Shown here: one piece after another, positions 55,692 to 63,517 of the stretch
Numbering within the stretch: the first letter of the stretch is position 1
Layout of the letters: each line of letters begins with the position of its first letter
Assembly (NCBI GenBank): GCA_029569255.1
Contig: JAKQUO010000019.1
Span: 23,175-87,174 of the forward strand
Length of the DNA stretch: 64,000 nt
DNA from: Acidobacteriota bacterium
Lineage (GTDB): Bacteria; Acidobacteriota; Aminicenantia; Aminicenantales; Saccharicenantaceae
Reading direction: 5' to 3'
Translations under genes and position numbers: made by a program
Notes under the pieces: model-generated
The model's database searches: none
The model's input: the letters and a program-made list of their open reading frames with translations, nothing else
What the model was told of the DNA's origin: nothing

Positions 55692-56167
55692 ACCCCGGCC
55701 TCCGCCTCCGGCCGGTCGGCGTCGTCCGGTCGCGATACAAGGAACCGGCCGAACTGCCGCCTCCGGCCTTCGCCCCGCCGCGCTTCTTCGAGGGCTCGAC
55801 GGGGTCGATCGAGGTCTTCCCCGAGTTCGCCCCGGCCCTCGACCGGCTGGAGGAGTATTCGCACATCATCGTCGTCTTCCACTTCCACCGGGCCGGCGCG
55901 GCCAAGCTCAAGGCGACACCCCCGGGCGAGAGCCGGGAGCGGGGCGTCTTCGCCACGCGCTCGCCCCATCGCCCCAACCCCCTGGGCCTGAGCGTCCTCA
56001 AGCTCCTGCGGCGCGACGGGGCCCGGCTCGACGTCTCGGGCCTCGACCTCGTCGACGGGACGCCTGTCCTCGACATCAAGCCCTACACGGCGCGGGACCG
56101 CAAGGGCCGCATCCGGACGCCCCGGCGGCCGGCGAAACGCCTGACCGCGCGCCGCGCCGCGCCCTGA
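55667..56167 (+). CDS. trmO: tRNA (t6A37) methyltransferase TrmO/TsaA family
   Basis: Conserved blocks PVGVVRSRYKE, HIIVVFHFH, ATRSPHRPNPLGLSV and LDGTPVLDIKPY. There is no ATG in frame. The GTG at 55667 is the proposed start, overlapping the last 25 nt of ilvE. Confidence 0.65.
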   Translation: MADPRREVDPGLRLRPVGVVRSRYKEPAELPPPAFAPPRFFEGSTGSIEVFPEFAPALDRLEEYSHIIVVFHFHRAGAAKLKATPPGESRERGVFATRSPHRPNPLGLSVLKLLRRDGARLDVSGLDLVDGTPVLDIKPYTARDRKGRIRTPRRPAKRLTARRAAP

Positions 56168-56188
56168 GGCGGGTAGGGGCCGCCGGGC

Positions 56189-57613
56189 TCAGGCCGCCAG
56201 GACCTCGGCGGCCGCGGCCGTGACGATGTCCCAGGCGCCGCGGACGTGCCGCTCCCCGGTCGTCCGCTGGCCGACGGCCAGCCGGACCGTGAACTTGCCG
56301 CGGAGCGTCGTGTGGGTCAGGTAGACCGGGCCCGCTGCGTTGACGCGGTCGAGGAACCGCTTGTTGAGCTCGTTCAGGGCGTCCTCGTCCCGGCCGTCGT
56401 TGAGCCGGAAACAGACCAGGCCCAGCTCGGCCGGCGCCAGGAGCTCGAAGCGGGCGTCGGCTTCGACCCAGTCGCGGACGAGGGCGGCCAGGCGCAGGTG
56501 CTCGCGGACCATGGCCTGGAGGCCCTCGACGCCGTAGCCGCGGACGACGAACCAGAGCTTGAGGGCCCGGAAGCGGCGGCCGAGCTGGATGCCCCAGTCG
56601 CGAAGGTTCCTGACCTTGGCGTCGACGCCCGTCCTGAGGTACTCGGGATGGACCTCCAAGGCCCGGACGAGCGCGGCCGGGTCCTTGACGAAGTGGGCCG
56701 AACAGTCGAAGTTCGTCAGCATCCACTTGTGGGGATTGAAGACGAGCGAGTCGGCCAGCTCGGCCCCGTCGAGGATCCAGCGCTTTTCGGGGAGCAAGGC
56801 GGCCGTCCCGGCCCAGGCCGCGTCGACGTGGAGCCAGAGGCCGTGCCGGCGGCAGATCTCGCCGACCGGGCGGAGCGGGTCGATGGCCCCCGAGGAGGTC
56901 GTGCCGACCGTGGCCACGACGCAGGCCGGGACGAGGCCGGCTTCCCTGTCCCGCGCCAGGGCCTCCTCGAGCTTCTCCGGGACCAGGGCGAACCGGCCGT
57001 CCGTGGGGATGCGGCGGAGATTTTTCCGGCCGAAGCCGGCGATCTTCACTCCTTTCACGACGCTCGAATGGGCCTCCTCCGAGGCGTAGACCGCCAGGGG
57101 CGCGCTGAAGCCCGACTCGTTCGTCTCGAACCCGGTCGCCCTCTCCCGGGCCGCCAGCAGGGAGCAAAGGGTGGCCGTCGAGGCCGTGTCCTGGATGACG
57201 CCCGAGAAGCCGGCCGGGAGCCCGATCATCTGGCGGAGCCAGTCCATGACCACCTCTTCGAGCTCGGTCGCGGCCGGGGAGGTCTCCCAGACCATGCCCT
57301 GGGCGCCGAGCCCGGCCGCCAGGAGCTCGCCCAGGACAGAGGCGGGACTGTTGTTGGCCGGGAAATAGGCGAACCAGCCGGGGTGCTGCCAGTGCGAGAT
57401 GCCCGGCATGACGATCCGCTCGAAATCGCGGAACAGGACGTCCATGGCCTCGCCCCGGGCCGGCGGGACGGCGGGGACGAGGGCCTTGATCTCGCCCGGC
57501 CCGACGCGCGATCGGACCGGGTATTTCTCGATATTCTCGAAATAATCGGCGATCCAGTCCACGAACTGGTGCCCGGAGCGGCGGAAATCGTCGTTTTTCA
57601 TGGCCAACTCCAC
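56189..57613 (-). CDS. PLP-dependent group II decarboxylase (aromatic-L-amino-acid/tyrosine decarboxylase-like)
   Basis: SLVFNPHKWMLTNFDCSA PLP-Lys motif. About 470 aa. A likely alternative start is MKNDD at 57601. Confidence 0.8.
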   Translation of the reverse strand: MELAMKNDDFRRSGHQFVDWIADYFENIEKYPVRSRVGPGEIKALVPAVPPARGEAMDVLFRDFERIVMPGISHWQHPGWFAYFPANNSPASVLGELLAAGLGAQGMVWETSPAATELEEVVMDWLRQMIGLPAGFSGVIQDTASTATLCSLLAARERATGFETNESGFSAPLAVYASEEAHSSVVKGVKIAGFGRKNLRRIPTDGRFALVPEKLEEALARDREAGLVPACVVATVGTTSSGAIDPLRPVGEICRRHGLWLHVDAAWAGTAALLPEKRWILDGAELADSLVFNPHKWMLTNFDCSAHFVKDPAALVRALEVHPEYLRTGVDAKVRNLRDWGIQLGRRFRALKLWFVVRGYGVEGLQAMVREHLRLAALVRDWVEADARFELLAPAELGLVCFRLNDGRDEDALNELNKRFLDRVNAAGPVYLTHTTLRGKFTVRLAVGQRTTGERHVRGAWDIVTAAAAEVLAA

Positions 57614-57796
57614 GGAAACGGGCCTTTCGCGGCTCCCGCGGGCGGCTTCATTATACTGTTTTTCAGGGGAAGGCTCCAGGGGGAAGGCCGGGTTCGGGGC
57701 TGTTCTCGGGAAGACGCCGTTTCGGGCCGTTTCCGGCCGCCTTCAGGCCCGGGAAAGGGCCCGAAGCTGTTTTTTCCCGGCTATCGCAGAAAAATA

Positions 57797-57826
57797 TTGA
57801 TTTCGCCGCTCGACCTGTGCTATAAT
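57797..57826 (+). promoter_or_regulatory. Strong sigma70-type promoter TTGATT-N18-TATAAT with no adjacent ORF
   Basis: Read from the sequence. About 230 nt downstream is a 14-bp GC hairpin (GGGCCGCCCCGGCC ... GGCCAGGGCGGCCC) that abuts the MITE. Confidence 0.5.
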
Positions 57827-58059
57827 GGATAACGGTCGTCGGAGGGCGGGGGGAAAAACCCAAAAAAATGCAAGGCGTCGATCTCCGCCCTCCGGCCGCC
57901 GCCCTTCCCTCTTCGGCGGACGCAACGTTGCGCCGGGGAAGGCCGTTCTATCAAGCGAGTGGACAGGATGAACGTGAAACCTCCTTTTCGGCTTCTTCGA
58001 TAACCTCCTTCCCCCCCAGGGGCCGCCCCGGCCTGGTGACGCGGCCAGGGCGGCCCTCT

Positions 58060-58189
58060 GGGGTCAAACCTTTATTTTTTCAATTTCCGCTTCACCCCTC
58101 GGGCCTCGTATCTGTGGGGCCGCCTCGAGTCATGAATAACTCAGGCTATTCGTTAGGCCGGGAAATTAAAAAATTAAAGGTTTGACCCC
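58060..58189. mobile_element. 130-bp MITE-like miniature element with the same terminal inverted repeats as the 41866-43212 element
   Basis: Left end GGGGTCAAACCTTTATTTTTTCAATTTCC. Right end (reverse complement) GGGGTCAAACCTTTAATTTTTTAATTTCC. It is AT-rich and non-coding. Confidence 0.65.
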
Positions 58190-58210
58190 TTCTTTTCTTT
58201 AGCTTAGAAT
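58182..58210 (+). promoter_or_regulatory. Hybrid promoter: -35 TTGACC inside the MITE terminal repeat, 17-nt spacer, -10 TAGAAT in flanking DNA, immediately upstream of the riboswitch
   Basis: Read from the sequence. Spacing and hexamers are close to consensus. Confidence 0.45.
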
Positions 58211-58211
58211 G

Positions 58212-58360
58212 GACGCGGCTTTGTGAGAAGGGAAGTCCGTTAGACGCGGACACAGCCCCCGCTACTGTATCCGGGGACGAATCCCGAAGGACGCCACGGC
58301 CGCCAAGCCGGAAGGCTCGGGAGGAGGACGATCCGGGAGTCAGGAGACCTTCCAAAAAGC
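58212..58360 (+). ncRNA. Cobalamin (AdoCbl) riboswitch
   Basis: AAGGGAAGUCCG..., CCCGCUACUGUAUCCGGGG and the B12 box AGUCAGGAGACC at 58338-58349. CAGGAGACC is repeated at the RBS of the downstream receptor gene. Confidence 0.75.
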
Positions 58361-58429
58361 CCGGTCGCGCGGTCTTCGGGAGGAAGACGGGGCCGGAAAA
58401 AGCGGCGGGGGCGGCCAGGAGACCCCGCC

Positions 58430-60382
58430 ATGTTCCGACGGTCAGCGGTTCTCGCGTCGTTCATCGCTCTCTTCCCCCTGATCCCCGCGGGCCTCCTCGC
58501 GGAGGACCGACAGGGCCAGGCCGGCCCGCTTCAGCACGACATCGTCGTCACCGCGACCCGGCTCGAAACGCCGGAGAAAAAGGTCGGAAGCTCGATCACC
58601 GTCGTCAGCGGCGAAGAGCTCGTCCGCACCGGCCGGAGCTTCGTCCTCGACGCCCTGGTCGATGTCCTGGGCCTCTCGGTCGTCCGCGCCGGCGGCCCGG
58701 GCGCGTCCGCCTCGGTCTTCGTGCGCGGCGCCAATAGCGAGCATACGCTCGTCCTCCTCAACGGCGTCGAGCTCAACGACCCGATCAATCCCTCTCGCTC
58801 CTGCGACATCTCCCACCTGCCCCTGAGCCAGGTCGAACGGGTCGAGGTCCTGCGCGGGCCGCAGGGCCTGCTCTACGGCTCGGACGCCCTGGGCGGCGTC
58901 GTCAATATCATCACCCGCTCGGGGCGCGGGCAGCCCCGCCTGTCCCTCGCCTCCTCGTTCGATACGCTGAGCTCGCTCACGGCGGACCTCTCGCTCGCCG
59001 GCGCCGGCCGCAAGGCGGACTATGCCTTCTCGGCCTTCCACGAGCGGACGGCCGGCCTGTCCGCGGCGGCCGAAGCCTACCCCGGCAACACCGAGAAGGA
59101 CGGCTACAGGAACCTGACCCTGGCCGGCCGCTTCGGATACGCCTTCACGCCCGCGTCGAGACTGACCTTGACCGTCCGGGGGACGGCGGACCGCGCCGAG
59201 ATCGACAACTTCGGCGGCCCGGGCGGGGACGATCCGAACAACGTCCAGAGCTACAAGAACCTCCTCGTGCGCGGCCAGCATCGGAGCCTGTCGGCGAACG
59301 GGCGGTGGGAGAAGGCCGTGTCTCTCTCCTGGGTCGGGACGCGGCGGGCGACCGGCAACCCGGTCGACCCCGCCCATCCGGCCGACAGCGACCGCAGCCT
59401 CTACCGCGGCGGCCTCGTCCAGCTCGACTGGCAGAACAACTTCTTCCTCCGTCCGACGCACACGCTGACGGCCGGGCTCGAGGCCGCGAGCGAAAGCGGG
59501 AGCTCGGACTGCGTCTCCGAGAGCGCCTACGGCCTCTGGGAGTCCGCCTTCCCGTCGGTCCGGGCCCGCTCGGCCGGCCTCTACCTGCTCGATCATTGGG
59601 AGAGCGGCGGCCGCTTCTTCGTCACGACAGGCGTCCGGGCGGACGGCCACAGCCGCTCCGGCGCGGCCGTGACGTTCCGGGCGGCCCCGGCCTATCTCAT
59701 CGCGGGCGCCGGGACGCGGTTCAAGGCCAGCTTGGGCAGCGGCTTCAAATCGCCATCGCTCTATCAGCTTTTCGCCCCGGCCACGCCGTTCGGCCCGGTC
59801 GGCAATCCCCTGCTCCGCCCGGAGCGGTCCCTGGGCTGGGACGCGGGGGTCGAGCAGAGCCTGGCCGGCGGGCGGACCGTGCTCGAGGTCACCTGGTTCA
59901 ATAGCTCGTTCCGCGATCTCGTCACCTTCGATTACGGGGCCGGATACGTCAACATCGGCCGGGCCCGGACTCAGGGTCTCGAGGTCTCGGCAAAGGTCCT
60001 GCCCGGCCGGAACTCGCGCCTCCTCGCGTCCTACACGCGCCTTTCGGCCCGCGACCTCGTATCCGGGACCGAGCTTCCGCGCCGGCCCCGGGACAAGTTC
60101 TCGGCCGAAGCGGGGCTCCGTCCTTTCGGGGCGTTCGATCTGGCGGTTCACGTCCTGTGCGTCGGCCGACGCCTGGACCGCGACTTCAGCGCTTATCCCT
60201 ACCCGACGACGACCCTGCCCGGCTATGTCCTCCTCGATCTCGTCATCACCAAGACCCTCCGTTCGGGGCTCGAGGTCTTCGCCCGGGTCGACAACCTGCT
60301 CAATGCCGACTACCAGACCGTCTGGGGCTACGGCTCGCCCGGCCGCGTCCTCCGCACAGGCCTCCGCCTCGCCCTCTATTGA
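58430..60382 (+). CDS. TonB-dependent receptor, BtuB-like (vitamin B12/cobalamin family)
   Basis: 650 aa with a signal peptide, TonB box DIVVTATR, plug and 22-strand barrel, and terminal aromatic RLALY. Confidence 0.8.
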   Translation: MFRRSAVLASFIALFPLIPAGLLAEDRQGQAGPLQHDIVVTATRLETPEKKVGSSITVVSGEELVRTGRSFVLDALVDVLGLSVVRAGGPGASASVFVRGANSEHTLVLLNGVELNDPINPSRSCDISHLPLSQVERVEVLRGPQGLLYGSDALGGVVNIITRSGRGQPRLSLASSFDTLSSLTADLSLAGAGRKADYAFSAFHERTAGLSAAAEAYPGNTEKDGYRNLTLAGRFGYAFTPASRLTLTVRGTADRAEIDNFGGPGGDDPNNVQSYKNLLVRGQHRSLSANGRWEKAVSLSWVGTRRATGNPVDPAHPADSDRSLYRGGLVQLDWQNNFFLRPTHTLTAGLEAASESGSSDCVSESAYGLWESAFPSVRARSAGLYLLDHWESGGRFFVTTGVRADGHSRSGAAVTFRAAPAYLIAGAGTRFKASLGSGFKSPSLYQLFAPATPFGPVGNPLLRPERSLGWDAGVEQSLAGGRTVLEVTWFNSSFRDLVTFDYGAGYVNIGRARTQGLEVSAKVLPGRNSRLLASYTRLSARDLVSGTELPRRPRDKFSAEAGLRPFGAFDLAVHVLCVGRRLDRDFSAYPYPTTTLPGYVLLDLVITKTLRSGLEVFARVDNLLNADYQTVWGYGSPGRVLRTGLRLALY

Positions 60383-60587
60383 AGCGGGCGCCCGTCACGA
60401 GGCGGGAGGCGCGCCGCTCCCCGGGCCACCGCGAGGGACGGGCCCGCCGGAAGCGGGTGAAACCGGACCCGGGGGTTTCCGAGGCGCGAGGGCGGGAGCC
60501 GCCATCCCGGGCGCGGCCGAAGAGACGGATGCCCGCCTCCGGTGGCAGCTTGAAAACGGGACGGGCATGCGGGAGAATGAAGGCCCC

Positions 60588-63272
60588 ATGGACATCAGGA
60601 GCCTCGACAGGATCTTCAAGCCGCAGCGGATCGCCGTCCTCGGCGTGAGCCCGAACCCGAAGAGCGTCAGCGCCAAGATCCTGGCCAACCTCGTCGGCGG
60701 CGGCTTCCGCGGCGTCGTCTATCCGGTCAGCCCGTCGCTCGAGGCCGTCACGGGCATCCCCTGCTTCCCCAACGTCGCCGCCCTGCCCAGGACGCCCGAC
60801 CTGGGGATCGTCGCCGCTCCCGCGGACCAGGTGCCGGGCCTCGTTCGCGATTGCGGCGAGGCCGGCGTCCGCGGCCTCGTCGTCGTCTCCTCGGGCTTTC
60901 GCGAGACCGGCCCGTCCGGCCTAGCCCTGGAACAGGCGGTCCTCGACGAGGCCCGGCGCTTCGAAGGCCTGCGCATCCTCGGCCCCAACTGCCTGGGGAT
61001 CATTTCCCCCTCCAGGTCCCTCAACGCCAGCTTCGCCGGGGCGATGCCCCGGCCCGGCCACGTCGCCTTCGTCTCCCAGTCCGGGGCCCTGTGCACGGCG
61101 GTCCTGGACTGGGCGATCGAGGAGAGGCTCGGCTTCGCGCATTTCGTCTCGACCGGGAACATGCTCGACGTCGACTTCGGCGACCTCATCGACTACCTGG
61201 GCGAGGACGAGGAGACCAAATCCATCATCCTCTATATTGAATCGATCGGCGGCGCCCGGAAGTTCATGACCGCCGCCCGGGCCTTCGCCCGGATGAAGCC
61301 GATCATCGCCTACAAGGCCGGGCGCTTCCCCGAATCGGCCGCCGCGGCCGCCTCGCACACCGGCGCCCTGGCCGGCGAGGACGCCGTCTACGACGCCGCC
61401 TTCCAGCGCATGGGCCTCGTCCGGGTCTTCAACATCGGCGAGATCTTCGACTTCGCCGACCTCGTCGGCCGGCACAAGGCCCCCCAGGGCCCCCGCCTGG
61501 CCGTCCTGACCAACGCCGGCGGCCCGGGCGTCATGGCCACCGACGCCCTGGTCGCCGCGGGCGGGACGCTGGCCCGCCTCTCCGACGCGACCTTGGCCGA
61601 GCTCGACCGGGGGCTGCCGCCGCAATGGTCCCGCCGCAACCCCGTCGACGTCCTGGGCGACGCCAAGTCCAAGCTCGTGGCCAAGGCCGCGACGATCGTC
61701 CTCCGCGATCCCGGCGTCGACGCCCTGCTCGTCATCGTCACGCCCCAGGCCATGACCAACCCGACGGCCATCGCCAAGGAAGTGGCCGCCCTTTCCGCGG
61801 CGACGCCCAAGCCCGTCCTGGCCGCCTGGATCGGCGGGGCGGCCATGCGCGAGGGCGCGTCGCTCCTGAGCGAGGCGGGCATCCCCACCTACGCGACGCC
61901 CGAACAGGCCGTCCGGGCCTTCATGACCTTGGTCGCCTACTCCCGCAATCTCGCGGCCCTCTACGAGACGCCGCGGGACATCCGCGTCGATCCGCCCCTC
62001 GACCGCAAGGGCCTCCGGGCCCGCTTCGCCGGCCCGCTCAGGTCCGCCGTCGGCCCCCTCTCCGAGGCCGGCTCCAAGGAGCTCCTCGCCGCCTACGGCA
62101 TCCCCGTGGCCAGCCCGGTCCTGGCCGACACGGCCGACGAGGCCGTCCGGGCCGCCGAGGCCATGGGCTTCCCCGTCGTCCTCAAGATCCGGTCTCCCGA
62201 CATCACCCACAAGAGCGACGTCGGCGGCGTCGCCCTCGGCCTCGCCGACGCCGCGGCGGTCCGCGCCGCTTTCGCCGCGATCCTCGCTTCCGCGGCCGAG
62301 AAGGCGCCCGGCGCGCGCCTCGAGGGCGTGACCGTCCAGAAGATGGCCCGCGTCCGCGACGGCCTGGAGATGATCCTGGGCGTCAAGAAGGACCCGACCT
62401 TCGGGACGGTGGTCATGGCCGGAACGGGCGGGACCGCGGCCGAGCTCTACCGCGACCGGGCGATCGGCTTCCCCCCGCTCAACGAGCGCCTGGCCCGTCT
62501 CATGCTCGAGGGGCTCAGGATGCGGCCGCTCCTCGAAGGCTACCGGGGCCGTCCGGCGGCGGCCGTGGACAAGCTCGTCGAGGCCCTGGTGCGGCTCTCG
62601 TATCTCGCCGCCGATCTACCCGAGGTCGCCGAGCTCGACATCAATCCCCTCCTCGTCACGCCCGAAGGCGTCCTGGCCCTCGACGCCCGCGTCGTCGGCG
62701 ACCCGGCCGCGGCCGAGGACCCGGACCGGCCCTACGCCCACCTCGCGCTCCGCCCCTATCCCGAGGAGTTCGTCCGGCCCGCGAAGCTCCGCGACGGCGC
62801 GCCGCTCACCCTCCGCCCCATCCGGCCCGAGGACGAGCCGCTCTGGCTGGCGCTCCTTTCGAGCTGTTCGCGCGAGTCCATCTATTCCCGCTTCCGCCAT
62901 CTCTTCTTCTGGCAGTCGCACGAGGTGGCCAGCCGCTACTGCTACATCGACTACGACCGGGAGATGGCCATCGTCGCGGAGACCGGCGAAGGGCCGGAGC
63001 GCCGCCTCGTCGGCGTCGGCCGCCTGGCCGCCGAGCCCGGCCGGCGCACGGCCGAGTACGCCGTCCTCGTCCAGGACGGCTGGCAGGACCGCGGACTCGG
63101 CGGGCTGCTGACCGACACCTGCCTGGAGATCGCCAAGCGGTGGGGCGTCCGGACGGTCACGGCCGTCACCACGACCGACAACCCGCGCATGATCGCCGTC
63201 TTCGAGAAGCGCGGCTTCCGCGTCGTCAACGACCTCGAGAGCTCGCTCGTCGAGGTCTCCAAAGAGTTATAG
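60588..63272 (+). CDS. Pat-like bifunctional protein: NDP-forming acyl-CoA synthetase domains + C-terminal GNAT (protein lysine acetyltransferase family)
   Basis: 894 aa with CoA-binding/succinyl-CoA-synthetase-like and ATP-grasp domains, followed by a GNAT (QDGWQDRGLGGLL). Confidence 0.8.
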   Translation: MDIRSLDRIFKPQRIAVLGVSPNPKSVSAKILANLVGGGFRGVVYPVSPSLEAVTGIPCFPNVAALPRTPDLGIVAAPADQVPGLVRDCGEAGVRGLVVVSSGFRETGPSGLALEQAVLDEARRFEGLRILGPNCLGIISPSRSLNASFAGAMPRPGHVAFVSQSGALCTAVLDWAIEERLGFAHFVSTGNMLDVDFGDLIDYLGEDEETKSIILYIESIGGARKFMTAARAFARMKPIIAYKAGRFPESAAAAASHTGALAGEDAVYDAAFQRMGLVRVFNIGEIFDFADLVGRHKAPQGPRLAVLTNAGGPGVMATDALVAAGGTLARLSDATLAELDRGLPPQWSRRNPVDVLGDAKSKLVAKAATIVLRDPGVDALLVIVTPQAMTNPTAIAKEVAALSAATPKPVLAAWIGGAAMREGASLLSEAGIPTYATPEQAVRAFMTLVAYSRNLAALYETPRDIRVDPPLDRKGLRARFAGPLRSAVGPLSEAGSKELLAAYGIPVASPVLADTADEAVRAAEAMGFPVVLKIRSPDITHKSDVGGVALGLADAAAVRAAFAAILASAAEKAPGARLEGVTVQKMARVRDGLEMILGVKKDPTFGTVVMAGTGGTAAELYRDRAIGFPPLNERLARLMLEGLRMRPLLEGYRGRPAAAVDKLVEALVRLSYLAADLPEVAELDINPLLVTPEGVLALDARVVGDPAAAEDPDRPYAHLALRPYPEEFVRPAKLRDGAPLTLRPIRPEDEPLWLALLSSCSRESIYSRFRHLFFWQSHEVASRYCYIDYDREMAIVAETGEGPERRLVGVGRLAAEPGRRTAEYAVLVQDGWQDRGLGGLLTDTCLEIAKRWGVRTVTAVTTTDNPRMIAVFEKRGFRVVNDLESSLVEVSKEL

Positions 63273-63472
63273 CCCGGCTATTCGTTAAGACGCCGGCTAT
63301 TTTCATAAGACAAGAAGAACCAAGACCGGCGTCTTAGCCCTTCGGGCGGGCCGATCCAGCCGCATCTGCATCGTTGCCAAGGCTCGCAGTACTCCGAGTA
63401 CAGCTTCGCCTTTGACGCCTCGCATCTGCGGCCGCCTCGGCTCGCGAATAAGCCAGGCTAAAACTCCTTGGA
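63273..63472. other. ~200-bp low-GC insert between the Pat stop codon and a duplicated copy of the Pat 3-prime end
   Basis: Contains a tandem ~20-bp repeat (CCCGGCTATTCGTTAAGAC / GCCGGCTATTTTCATAAGAC), a 9-bp stem hairpin (AGACGCCGG...CCGGCGTCT) and GCCC-TTCG-GGGC. Confidence 0.4.
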
Positions 63473-63517
63473 AACCTCGAGAGCTCGCCCGTCGAGGTGT
63501 CGAAGGACCTACTCTAG
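63473..63517 (+). repeat. Duplicated 3-prime end of the Pat gene (about 32/36 identical to 63233-63266), encoding NLESSPVEVSKDLL-stop
   Basis: Read from the sequence. It is in the same orientation as the gene end, 200 bp upstream of it. Confidence 0.6.

Noticed and set aside
57868-58185. 105-aa ORF between the orphan promoter and the riboswitch
   Set aside because: It is low-complexity, has no RBS, reads straight through the MITE and ends inside its terminal repeat. It was treated as non-coding.
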